Origin: Paracoccaceae bacterium
Lineage (GTDB): Bacteria; Pseudomonadota; Alphaproteobacteria; Rhodobacterales; Rhodobacteraceae
Reading direction: 5' to 3'
DNA: 64,000 nt
NCBI GenBank assembly: GCA_947476475.1
Contig: CANJQT010000001.1
Coordinates: 3,570 to 67,569 of the forward strand
Positions 19,713 through 31,484 of this stretch are shown here, in pieces. How positions within the stretch are numbered: the stretch's first letter is position 1; each line of letters starts with the position of its first letter. The notes below the pieces were generated by a model. That model did not search any database. It was not told the DNA's origin and saw nothing but the letters and a program-made list of their open reading frames with translations. A program made the translations under genes and the position numbers.

Positions 19713-21179
19713 ATGGTGCGGATGGTCAGGGTTTACATGTCTGCGGCGGCGGGCGCGCTGCTTTGCGCCGCGTCGGCCTTTGCGCAAGAGGTCGTGACCA
19801 AGCAGTATGACGATGGCGGCGTCTATGAAGGCACCTTCAAGGACGGCAAGCAACATGGGCGCGGCACCTACCGCCTGCCCAACGGCTATGTTTATGAAGG
19901 CGACTGGGTCGACGGCGAAATTCTTGGCCAGGGCAAGGCCATCTATCCCAATGGCTCGGTCTATGAAGGCCAGTTCAAAAAGGGCAAGCCAGACGGCAAG
20001 GGCAAGATCATCTATGCCGATGGCAGCAGCTACGAAGGCGACTGGGTGGCGGGCGAAATCACCGGTCAGGGGGTGGCGCACTATGCCAATGGCACCACCT
20101 ATACCGGCGCCTTCCGCAAGGCGCTGCACCATGGCAAGGGCGTGATGGAAACCGCCGAAGGCTATCGCTACGACGGCGACTGGGTGGACGGGGTCAAGGA
20201 AGGCAAGGGCAGAATCACCTATCCCGACGGCGCGGTCTATGACGGCCAGATGCTCAAGGGGCAGCGCGCCGGGCAGGGCAAGCTCACGCTGGCAGACGGG
20301 CTGACCTACGAGGGCAACTGGGCCGACGGCCAGATGAGCGGCCGGGGCAAGCTGACCCAGGCCAATGGCGATGTCTACGAAGGTACTCTGGTCGCGGGCA
20401 AACGCCAGGGTCAGGGCAAGGTCACCTATGCCAATGGCGATGTCTACGAGGGCGGGTTTGTCGCCGACAAGCGTTCGGGCAAGGGCACCTTCCGCGGCAA
20501 GGACGGCTATTTCTATGACGGCGACTGGCTGGAAGGCCAGATCAGCGGCATGGGCCGCGTCACCTATCCCGATGGCTCGGTCTACGAGGGCCAGTTCGCC
20601 CTTGATCAGGCCGACGGCAAGGGCAAGATCACCTATTCCGATGGCTCGACCTATGAAGGCGACTGGAAGGCAGGCGTGATCGAAGGGCAGGGCAAGGCGA
20701 CCTATGCCAACGGGCTGGTCTATGAGGGCGCGTTCCTGAAGGGCAAGAACCACGGCAAAGGCCGCATGACCTATCCCGACGGCTACAGCTATGACGGCGA
20801 CTGGAAGGACGGCCAGCGTGACGGGCAAGGCGTGGCCACCTATGCCGATGGCACGGTCTATACCGGCAGCTTCGTGAAGGGCCAACGCGAAGGGCAGGGC
20901 GAAATCGTCATGACGGACGGTTTCCGTTACAAGGGCGGCTGGAAGGCGGGCGCGATCGACGGGCAGGGGGTGGCCACCTATGCCAACGGCGATGTCTATG
21001 AAGGCCAGTTCCGCAATGGCCGCCGCCAAGGCCAGGGCACCATGCGCTACGCCACCGGCCAGACCGCCAGCGGCGACTGGACCGAAGGCGTTCTGACCCC
21101 CGCGCCGGGCGCCGTGGTGCCGGTTGTTCCGGCCCCCGCCGACGGGGCGACACCCCCCGCCGAAGGGGCGGACAACTAA
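19713..21179 (+). CDS. Exported MORN-repeat protein (18 full and 1 partial 23-aa repeats)
   Basis: Signal peptide, tandem YEGxW/FxxGxxxGxGxxxYxxG repeats, Pro/Ala-rich tail. Confidence 0.9.
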   Translation: MVRMVRVYMSAAAGALLCAASAFAQEVVTKQYDDGGVYEGTFKDGKQHGRGTYRLPNGYVYEGDWVDGEILGQGKAIYPNGSVYEGQFKKGKPDGKGKIIYADGSSYEGDWVAGEITGQGVAHYANGTTYTGAFRKALHHGKGVMETAEGYRYDGDWVDGVKEGKGRITYPDGAVYDGQMLKGQRAGQGKLTLADGLTYEGNWADGQMSGRGKLTQANGDVYEGTLVAGKRQGQGKVTYANGDVYEGGFVADKRSGKGTFRGKDGYFYDGDWLEGQISGMGRVTYPDGSVYEGQFALDQADGKGKITYSDGSTYEGDWKAGVIEGQGKATYANGLVYEGAFLKGKNHGKGRMTYPDGYSYDGDWKDGQRDGQGVATYADGTVYTGSFVKGQREGQGEIVMTDGFRYKGGWKAGAIDGQGVATYANGDVYEGQFRNGRRQGQGTMRYATGQTASGDWTEGVLTPAPGAVVPVVPAPADGATPPAEGADN

Positions 21180-21377
21180 GCGCGGGCGCGCCCTTCCCGC
21201 ACTCTGACTCGGGTAACCCTGAACTGCTGATCCGCAACCGGGCCTGGTTCGGGCAGTTTCCCGATCCGGCTGACGCTTGCGGTCCAGCCCAAGTCTGGTG
21301 GCCCAGTGACATCGCTCACCCTGCGCACTCAGATCGAAGCAAACGCTAAGCCGAACTGGCGCAACTCGCAGAGCCGG

Positions 21378-21392
21378 TTAAAATCCGGTTAA
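21378..21392. promoter_or_regulatory. Perfect CtrA-type box TTAA-N7-TTAA
   Basis: TTAA-AATCCGG-TTAA in an AT-rich patch, with further TTAA at 21402 and 21416. Confidence 0.6.
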
Positions 21393-21566
21393 TGAAAAAA
21401 GTTAATCATTTGATTTTAAATAGTTTTCATATTTGTCCGAGTTCGGACATTTCCAATCAGCCCACGCGGCCCAGATGACGGCTGGCCCACCCGCCCCCGG
21501 ACAATCCCGGTCGGGGCAGTGATTTTGCCCTTTCCCTTTCCCGCGGGCGACGTATATTCCGGCCTC

Positions 21567-21656
21567 ATGACGCAAAGCCTGCCCTTTTCCTCCTCCTGCT
21601 CCGGCGCCCCGCGTGCCCGGCTGCTTTGCGGCCTCCTGCTCCTTAGCAGCCTCTGA
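21567..21656 (+). CDS. leuA leader peptide (MTQSLPFSSSCSGAPRARLLCGLLLLSSL)
   Basis: 29-codon ORF with a Leu run near its 3' end, stopping 74 nt upstream of leuA. Too short for the supplied ORF track. Confidence 0.8.
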   Translation: MTQSLPFSSSCSGAPRARLLCGLLLLSSL

Positions 21657-21715
21657 GCGTGCCTGTCGGCGCGACCGCTCAGAGGTGACCTGCGCCAAGG
21701 CAAGCTGAGGAACAA
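21630..21715 (+). promoter_or_regulatory. Leucine-responsive attenuator structure upstream of leuA (LEU-element type)
   Basis: Stem CCTCTGAGCG (21650-59)/CGCTCAGAGG (21676-85) covers the leader stop codon. The Leu codons can pair with the downstream AGGCAAGCTGAGGA. No U-tract. Confidence 0.6.
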
Positions 21716-21730
21716 AAAAGAGACCGGACC

Positions 21731-23323
21731 ATGACCCAGAATATCAAGACGACCGCCCACGCTGAACAGGACCGCGTGGTGATTTTCGACACGACCCTGC
21801 GTGATGGCGAACAGTCGCCGGGCGCGACGATGACCCATACCGAAAAGCTGGAAATCGCTGAACTTCTGGACGAAATGGGCGTCGATGTCATCGAAGCCGG
21901 TTTTCCGATCGCCTCAGAAGGCGATTTCACCGCAGTCAGCGCTATTGCCAAACAGGCAAAGAACGCCACGATCTGCGGCCTCGCGCGCGCGAATTTCAAG
22001 GACATCGACCGCTGCTGGGAGGCGGTGAAACACGCGCGTTCGCCGCGCATTCACACGTTCATCGGCACCTCTCCCCTGCACCGCGCCATCCCCAATCTGG
22101 ATCAGGATCAGATGGCAGAGCGGATCCACGAGACGGTGACCCACGCCCGCAACCTGTGCGACAATGTGCAATGGTCGCCGATGGATGCGACGCGGACAGA
22201 ACATGATTACCTTTGCCGCGTGGTCGAGATTGCCATCAAGGCCGGGGCGACCACCATCAACATTCCCGATACGGTGGGCTATACCGCCCCCCGCGAAAGC
22301 GCCGATCTGATCCGTATGCTGCTGAATCGGGTGCCGGGCGCGGACACGGTGATCTTCGCCACCCATTGCCACAATGACCTTGGCATGGCGACCGCCAATG
22401 CGCTGGCTGCGGTCGAGGCCGGGGCGCGGCAGATCGAATGCACGATCAATGGGCTGGGCGAAAGGGCGGGCAATACCGCGCTTGAGGAAGTGGTGATGGC
22501 GCTGAAGGTCAGGAATGACATCATGCCCTTCCGCACCGGCATCGACACGACAAAGATCATGAACATCAGCCGCAAGGTTGCCACTGTTTCCGGCTTCCCG
22601 GTGCAGTTCAACAAGGCGATCGTCGGCAAGAACGCCTTCGCGCACGAAAGCGGCATCCATCAGGACGGGATGCTGAAGAACGCAGAAACGTTCGAGATCA
22701 TGCGCCCCTCGGACATCGGGCTGGCGGATACGTCGCTGGTGATGGGCAAGCATTCGGGCCGCGCGGCGCTGCGTGCCAAGCTGAAGGATCTGGGGGTCGA
22801 ACTGGCCGACAATCAGCTGAACGATGTCTTCGTCCGCTTCAAGGCTTTGGCCGACCGCAAGAAGGAAGTCTATGACGACGACCTGCTTGCCCTGATGAAG
22901 GATCAGGAAACCACCAGCGCCGAAGATACCTTGCAGGTCAAAAGGTTACGGGTGATCTGCGGCACTGAAGGCCCGCAGGAAGCCGAGCTGACCCTGACCA
23001 TCGACGGGATGGACCATTCGATAGACGCCACCGGCGACGGCCCGGTGGACGCGGCCTTCAACGCGGTCAAGATGCTGTATCCCCACAAGGCGCGGCTGCA
23101 GCTTTATCAGGTGCATGCGGTGACAGAGGGCACCGATGCACAGGCCACGGTTTCGGTGCGGATCGAAGAAGACGGGCGGATTGCCACTGGCCAGTCGGCC
23201 GATACCGATACGGTGGTGGCCAGCGTCAAGGCCTACGTCAACGCGCTGAACCGGCTGATCGTGCGGCGCACGAAATCGGCGCCGGGCGAGAACGTAAAGT
23301 CGGTCACCATGCGCGACGCCTGA
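21731..23323 (+). CDS. leuA: 2-isopropylmalate synthase
   Basis: FDTTLRDGEQSPG, HCHNDLGMA, GLGERAGN, AHESGIHQDG, plus a C-terminal regulatory domain. Confidence 0.95.
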   Translation: MTQNIKTTAHAEQDRVVIFDTTLRDGEQSPGATMTHTEKLEIAELLDEMGVDVIEAGFPIASEGDFTAVSAIAKQAKNATICGLARANFKDIDRCWEAVKHARSPRIHTFIGTSPLHRAIPNLDQDQMAERIHETVTHARNLCDNVQWSPMDATRTEHDYLCRVVEIAIKAGATTINIPDTVGYTAPRESADLIRMLLNRVPGADTVIFATHCHNDLGMATANALAAVEAGARQIECTINGLGERAGNTALEEVVMALKVRNDIMPFRTGIDTTKIMNISRKVATVSGFPVQFNKAIVGKNAFAHESGIHQDGMLKNAETFEIMRPSDIGLADTSLVMGKHSGRAALRAKLKDLGVELADNQLNDVFVRFKALADRKKEVYDDDLLALMKDQETTSAEDTLQVKRLRVICGTEGPQEAELTLTIDGMDHSIDATGDGPVDAAFNAVKMLYPHKARLQLYQVHAVTEGTDAQATVSVRIEEDGRIATGQSADTDTVVASVKAYVNALNRLIVRRTKSAPGENVKSVTMRDA

Positions 23324-23597
23324 AGGGCGGCTAACCCCCCGCGTTCGCTGGCTTAATCGGCCCGGCGGACGCTTTTTGCAACGTATGGCAAACGTATGGC
23401 TTTCGTCTGGTTTTACGACAGGCGGAGGGGTGGGAGTCTTGGCGTTAACCATTAGGTCCGCTCAGGTGGTCAGCGCTTTCGATCTGGGGGCAGGGCTGGT
23501 TTGCGCCAAGAGTGCAACTCGGCACGCTCTGGCGAGGTGGCTTCGATGGACACGACAGAAATGAACTTTTGCGCTATGTTCCACTTCCATAGATGAG

Positions 23598-24569
23598 ATG
23601 GGGGCAATCATGGTCGCAGCAAGCAATCTTCCTCAGCTAAATGGTCGTTGCATGACCTGTGGAGGTGGGATCGAGACGTGGTTGCAGTATGTTGACGGCT
23701 TCGAGTTACGGCACTTCTGTCTTTTCGAATTGCTGGATGACAAACGTGGTGTTGCCTGTCTGACCGACTATCAACGCAAGCTTGTCGAGGCGGCAATTGC
23801 GGAAGGGTTCGGCGTCATAAACGAGGGCCTGCACTATAGGGCCAGTCGTGATTGGGGCAAATTAATCGGCTATTCCCGCGAAGGACTAGAGGAAATAAAT
23901 ATTCGTGGGATCGAGTTCTACAAGAACTTCGCACGGGAATACGGCAGCCCTGAAACGCCCATGATCGTCGGGGGGGCTATTGGGCCAAGAGGCGATGCAT
24001 ACAATGTTGGCCGTACTCCGGATGCAGCGGAGGCAGAGGATTACCATTCCGAACAGATACTGACCTTCAAGAAGGCCGGAGCAGATTTGATAACCGCACT
24101 GACCATTTCTGCCACAGATGAAGCCATTGGCCTATCTCGCGCGGCCAAGGCGGCCGACATGCCAGTTGTAATATCGTTCTTTGTTGCAAAGGGCGGGAAA
24201 CTAAAAGGTGGGGAGACTTTGGAGGAGGCAATTGCAAAAGTCGACGCTGCAACCGACGCCAGTCCCGCTTACTATATGGTCAATTGCACGCATCCAACGG
24301 AATTCGAACCGGGCCTGACGACAGGTGGTTGGACCAACCGGTTAGGGGGCTTCATGCCAAACGCAGTTGCGATGGAAACGCTAGATCTCTGTAAGCTCGG
24401 GCATCTCGAAGACGGTGACCCCAAAGAACTCGGCGGACAGATGGCCAAACTTGCAGAGCGCTTCCCTCATATCAATGTCTGGGGCGGATGCTGTGGCACT
24501 GATGGTCGACATATTGGCCAAATTGCGAGACAGGTCGGTAAAGTTCGAAGGCAACATATTACAGTATAA
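23598..24569 (+). CDS. Homocysteine S-methyltransferase family protein (low GC)
   Basis: GGGIETWL, IGPRGDAY, MVNCTHP and GGCCGT Zn ligands. Hand-counted 60-mers give 48-57% GC, below the GC-rich flanking genes. Start may be ATG 23610. Confidence 0.85.
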   Translation: MGAIMVAASNLPQLNGRCMTCGGGIETWLQYVDGFELRHFCLFELLDDKRGVACLTDYQRKLVEAAIAEGFGVINEGLHYRASRDWGKLIGYSREGLEEINIRGIEFYKNFAREYGSPETPMIVGGAIGPRGDAYNVGRTPDAAEAEDYHSEQILTFKKAGADLITALTISATDEAIGLSRAAKAADMPVVISFFVAKGGKLKGGETLEEAIAKVDAATDASPAYYMVNCTHPTEFEPGLTTGGWTNRLGGFMPNAVAMETLDLCKLGHLEDGDPKELGGQMAKLAERFPHINVWGGCCGTDGRHIGQIARQVGKVRRQHITV

Positions 24570-24674
24570 GACCCGAAAACGGCATGTCCGCTTCGTACGC
24601 ATGTCGGCCCACCGGGCGTGGTGCTGCGGATTGATTGCCTCGGCGCGGTTGACGCGCGTCAAGGTCATCAGGCG

Positions 24675-24699
24675 GGAACCTGCTAACGTCGCGTGGGTT
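24675..24699 (+). promoter_or_regulatory. Possible EcfG/SigT general-stress promoter (GGAAC-N16-GGTT)
   Basis: One mismatch to GGAAC-N16/17-CGTT, just upstream of the SD of a small membrane-protein gene. Confidence 0.35.
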
Positions 24700-24717
24700 C
24701 ATTGAGGGGGTGCTGAA

Positions 24718-24930
24718 ATGGCCGAACCGGGTGTACGGCAAACTGAAGGTCAATGTCCTGACGGCGCGAAGAAGGGTGGCATCGGCTTTGGCCTTTTCCT
24801 GCTGCTGGTCGGCTGCGCCTTGCTGGCGGAAAGGCTGGGATGGTTGCCGCAGCGGCTTGACTGGCTTTTCCCGGTGATCCTGATTGCCTGGGGCGCCAGC
24901 GAGGTTTTTCAGCGCCTGCGCGGCAACTGA
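24718..24930 (+). CDS. Small two-TM membrane protein (LiaI/LiaF-like or DUF5668-like)
   Basis: GFGLFLLLVGCALLAERLGWL...WLFPVILIAWG; SD GAGGGG. Confidence 0.7.
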   Translation: MAEPGVRQTEGQCPDGAKKGGIGFGLFLLLVGCALLAERLGWLPQRLDWLFPVILIAWGASEVFQRLRGN

Positions 24931-24962
24931 TCTGTGGCAAGCCTCACACTGGTTGGTCGGCG

Positions 24963-27972
<3,010 letters not shown>

Positions 27973-27978
27973 GACGCG

Positions 27979-27999
27979 GGGGCGGGACAGTCCCGCCCC
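27979..27999 (+). terminator. GC-rich hairpin between mreB and mreC (possible mRNA-stabilising or attenuating stem)
   Basis: GGGGCGGGA-CAG-TCCCGCCCC, without a strong U-tract. Confidence 0.4.
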
Positions 28000-28018
28000 G
28001 TTCGCACAAGAGGCCGGC

Positions 28019-28945
28019 GTGGCAAGAGACCGCAACAGCGACATGGATTATCGCGGCCCGGTGCGCCGCGTGCTGGTGGCTGTTCTGGCGCTGGCGCTGG
28101 GCTTGCTGTTTCTGGTCTGGCGGATCGACAGCCCGCGGGTAGAGCGGTTCCGCAATGCCTTCATCGACCGGGTGGTGCCGTCGATGGATTGGGCGATGGC
28201 CCCGGTCACCCAACTGGCGGGGATGATAGACAGTTTTCAGGCCTATACCCGCATTTACGAGCAGAATCAGGAACTGCGGCGCGAGTTGCAGCAGATGAAG
28301 GCCTGGAAAGAGGCAGCCGTGCAGCTGGAGCAACAGAATGCGAAGCTGTTGGCGCAGAATCAGGTGCGGCTTGACCCAAAGCTGACCTCGGTTTCCGGGG
28401 TTGTGATGGCCGACAGCGGATCACCTTTCCGCCAGTCGGTGTTGCTGAACGTCGGCGCGCGGGACGGGATTGTCGATGGCTGGGCGGCGATGGACGGGCT
28501 GGGGCTGGTGGGGCGGATTTCGGGCGTGGCGCAGAACAGCGCGCGGCTGCTTCTGCTGACGGATGCGTCCAGCCGTATTCCGGTGACGATTCAGCCCTCG
28601 GGGCAGAAGGCGATGCTGTCGGGTGACAACAGCGCGGCACCGCCGCTGGAGTTTCTGGAATCGCCCGAACAGGTGCGCCCGGATGACCGGGTGATCTCGT
28701 CCGGGGATGGCGGGGTGTTTCCGGCGGGGATTCTGGTGGGCACCGTGGTGCAGACCAAGGACAAACGTTTCCGGGTGCGGCTGGCGGCGGACTATGACCG
28801 GCTGGATTTCGTCCGGGTGCTGCGCAGCCATCCCAGCGAGCAGATCGGCGGAGCCGGTGCTCTTATTGCGCCTCCGGGCCAGCCGCCGGTGCGGGGCTTT
28901 ACCTATCAATTGCCGCCGGCGGCAGAGGCGGATGGCGATGGTTGA
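28019..28945 (+). CDS. mreC: Rod shape-determining protein MreC
   Basis: TM helix, coiled coil (YEQNQELRRELQ), GLVGRIS, VISSGDGGVFPAG; operon position. Confidence 0.93.
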   Translation: MARDRNSDMDYRGPVRRVLVAVLALALGLLFLVWRIDSPRVERFRNAFIDRVVPSMDWAMAPVTQLAGMIDSFQAYTRIYEQNQELRRELQQMKAWKEAAVQLEQQNAKLLAQNQVRLDPKLTSVSGVVMADSGSPFRQSVLLNVGARDGIVDGWAAMDGLGLVGRISGVAQNSARLLLLTDASSRIPVTIQPSGQKAMLSGDNSAAPPLEFLESPEQVRPDDRVISSGDGGVFPAGILVGTVVQTKDKRFRVRLAADYDRLDFVRVLRSHPSEQIGGAGALIAPPGQPPVRGFTYQLPPAAEADGDG

Positions 28946-29534
28946 TCCACGCACTGCACGCCGTTGGGCATTTCAGTCGCTCTTTCTGGGGCTGGTGGTT
29001 CTGATCCTGTTCTTCCGGCTTTTGCCTTTGTCGATGGTGCCTGATGCCTGGCCCCTGCCGGCCGCGATGGTGGCCATCCTGCCCGACTGGCTTTTCCCCA
29101 ATGACTGGCCAGGACCGGACCTGTTGTTGTGCCTGACTGTCGTCTGGGTTCTGCGGCGGCCGGATTTCATGCCGGTTCTGGCGGTGGCGGCGGTGTTCCT
29201 GCTGGATGACTTTCTGACCATGCGGCCACCGGGCCTGTGGGCGCTGATCGTGCTGGTCGGCACGGAGTTTCTGCGCAAGCGGGAAACGGCGACGCGCGAT
29301 CTGCCTTTTGCCTGGGAATGGCTGATGGCCAGCGCGGTGATGGCGGGGATGGTGCTGGCTTACCGCTTTGCCCAGGCGCTGTTCATGATCCCGCAGGTCA
29401 GCTTCGGCCCGGTCCTGTTGCAGCTCCTGGCGACTGTGGCGGTCTATCCGGTGCTGGCGATTGCGTTGCAGCTGGCCTTCGGACTGCGGCGCGCGGCGCC
29501 GGGCGAAATTGACGCATTTGGGCAACGGCTATGA
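28938..29534 (+). CDS. mreD: Rod shape-determining protein MreD
   Basis: Hydrophobic, PDLLLCL...WVLRRP motif, between mreC and mrdA. Confidence 0.85.
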   Translation: MVDPRTARRWAFQSLFLGLVVLILFFRLLPLSMVPDAWPLPAAMVAILPDWLFPNDWPGPDLLLCLTVVWVLRRPDFMPVLAVAAVFLLDDFLTMRPPGLWALIVLVGTEFLRKRETATRDLPFAWEWLMASAVMAGMVLAYRFAQALFMIPQVSFGPVLLQLLATVAVYPVLAIALQLAFGLRRAAPGEIDAFGQRL

Positions 29535-31474
29535 GACGGCTGACGCGCAATGACAGCGATGCGGCCCGCAAGATCACCCGGCGGGCGATGTTGCTGGGGT
29601 CGATTCAGGGGGCGCTTGTCGGGGTGCTGGCGCTGAGAATGCGCTATTTGCAGGTGGAACAGGCCGATCAGTTCAAGCTGCTGGCGACCGAAAACGCCAT
29701 CAAGATCAGGCTTTTGCCGCCGGCGCGCGGTTTGATCCACGACCGCAAGGGCGTGGTCATCGCCGGGAATGAGCAAATCTACCGGGTGACGATCACCCGC
29801 GAGGATGCCGAGGATGTGCCGACGGTTCTGGCCGATCTGGCGCGGCTGATCGCCCTTTCGGACGACGAGATCGCCCGGCTGATGGCAGAGATCGACAAGC
29901 GCCCGCCGACCCTGCCTATCACGCTGGCGGACCGACTGAGTTGGGAGGAGTTTTCGCGGATCGCGGTGAATGAGCCCGCCCTGCCGGGTCTGACGACCGA
30001 GGTGGGCCTGTCACGCTTCTATCCGCGGGGCGGAGATTTTGCCCATGTGCTGGGCTATGTCGGCCCGGTCAGCGATTACGATCTGTCGAAAATTCAGGAT
30101 CCGGATCCGTTGTTGCAGATCCCGAAATTCCAGATTGGCAAGCTTGGAATGGAGGCCAAGCTGGAAGACCTGCTGCGCGGCAAGGCTGGCGCGCGGCGGA
30201 TAGAAGTGAATGTGACGGGCCGCGAAATGCGCGAGATCGAGCGACGGGAGGGCGATCCGGGCGCCATCGTGCGCACGACGCTGGATGCCCGGCTTCAGAA
30301 CTATGTGAAGGCGCGTCTGGGCGAGGAAAGTGCCGCCGCCGTGGTGCTGGACCTGACCGAGGGCGATGTTCTGGCCATCGCTTCGGCCCCGAGTTTTGAT
30401 CCGAATCTGTTCGTGCGCGGCATTTCCAATGCCGACTACAAGACCCTGACCGAAAATGACCACCGTCCGCTGGCCGACAAGACTGTGCAGGGTGCCTATC
30501 CGCCCGGTTCAACCTTCAAGCTGGTGACGGCGCTGGCTGCGCTGGAGGCCGGGGTTATCGGGCCGGGCGAGACGGTCTATTGCCCCGGCTACATGCAACT
30601 GGGAAATCGCAAGTTCCATTGCTGGAAGAAGGGCGGGCACGGGCAGGTCGATCTGGAATTCAGCCTCGAACAGTCCTGCGACGTTTTCTATTATGACGTG
30701 GCCCAGAGGGTGGGCATCGACAAGATCGCCGAGATGGCGCGGAAGCTGGGGCTGGGGGTCAAGCATGACCTGCCGATGTCGGCTGTGACCGAAGGCGTGG
30801 CCCCGTCCAAGGACTGGAAGAAGGAACGCTACGGCAAGGACTGGCAGATCGGCGATACGCTGAACAGCGCGATCGGTCAGGGATATGTGCTGGCCTCGCC
30901 GTTGCAGTTGGCGGTGCTGGCGGGGCGGGTGGCGACCGGACGGGCGATCGTGCCGCGGCTGGTGCGGGCGATCAACGACAAGGATGTGCCGTCGCCCGAG
31001 GCGCCGCCGCTTGAGATTGATCCCGCCCATCTGCAGCTGGTGCGCAACGGGATGGACCGTGTGATGAACGGCAAGCACGGCACGGCATCGGCCAGCCGGA
31101 CGGTGGACCCAACAGTTCTGATGGCGGGCAAGACCGGCACCAGTCAGGTGCGCAACATCTCGGTTGCGGAGCGGGCATCGGGCGTGGTCAAGAACGACGC
31201 TTTGCCGTGGGAAAGGCGCGACCACGCCTTGTTTGTCTGCTATGCGCCGGTTGAAGCGCCGCGCGTGGCGGTGGCCCTGATTGTGGAACATGGCGGCGGC
31301 GGATCGACTGCTGCCGCACCGATTGCCCGCGATATCCTGCTGCAGGCCCTTTACGATGGATTTCCGCCCCTGACCGCCTATCCCGAAGGCCAAAGGTCGC
31401 GGATCGAGGAGGAGCGCAAGTCGCTGCCGTTGGCGGCACCGGAAAGTTTCAGCAAGGCGAAGTCACGCGCATGA
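29531..31474 (+). CDS. mrdA: Penicillin-binding protein 2
   Basis: PARGLIHDR, PGSTFK (SxxK), SCD (SxD), KTGT. Confidence 0.95.
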   Translation: MRRLTRNDSDAARKITRRAMLLGSIQGALVGVLALRMRYLQVEQADQFKLLATENAIKIRLLPPARGLIHDRKGVVIAGNEQIYRVTITREDAEDVPTVLADLARLIALSDDEIARLMAEIDKRPPTLPITLADRLSWEEFSRIAVNEPALPGLTTEVGLSRFYPRGGDFAHVLGYVGPVSDYDLSKIQDPDPLLQIPKFQIGKLGMEAKLEDLLRGKAGARRIEVNVTGREMREIERREGDPGAIVRTTLDARLQNYVKARLGEESAAAVVLDLTEGDVLAIASAPSFDPNLFVRGISNADYKTLTENDHRPLADKTVQGAYPPGSTFKLVTALAALEAGVIGPGETVYCPGYMQLGNRKFHCWKKGGHGQVDLEFSLEQSCDVFYYDVAQRVGIDKIAEMARKLGLGVKHDLPMSAVTEGVAPSKDWKKERYGKDWQIGDTLNSAIGQGYVLASPLQLAVLAGRVATGRAIVPRLVRAINDKDVPSPEAPPLEIDPAHLQLVRNGMDRVMNGKHGTASASRTVDPTVLMAGKTGTSQVRNISVAERASGVVKNDALPWERRDHALFVCYAPVEAPRVAVALIVEHGGGGSTAAAPIARDILLQALYDGFPPLTAYPEGQRSRIEEERKSLPLAAPESFSKAKSRA

Positions 31475-31484
31475 GTGGTTGGGC

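Noticed and set aside
19713-21179. MORN protein as a second 2-isopropylmalate synthase or a nucleotide repeat array
   Set aside because: No LeuA motifs; the 69-bp periodicity is fully explained by coding repeats.
23324-23597. SAM or SAM-SAH riboswitch upstream of the homocysteine methyltransferase
   Set aside because: No recognisable aptamer core; only a short tandem AACGTATGGC duplication.
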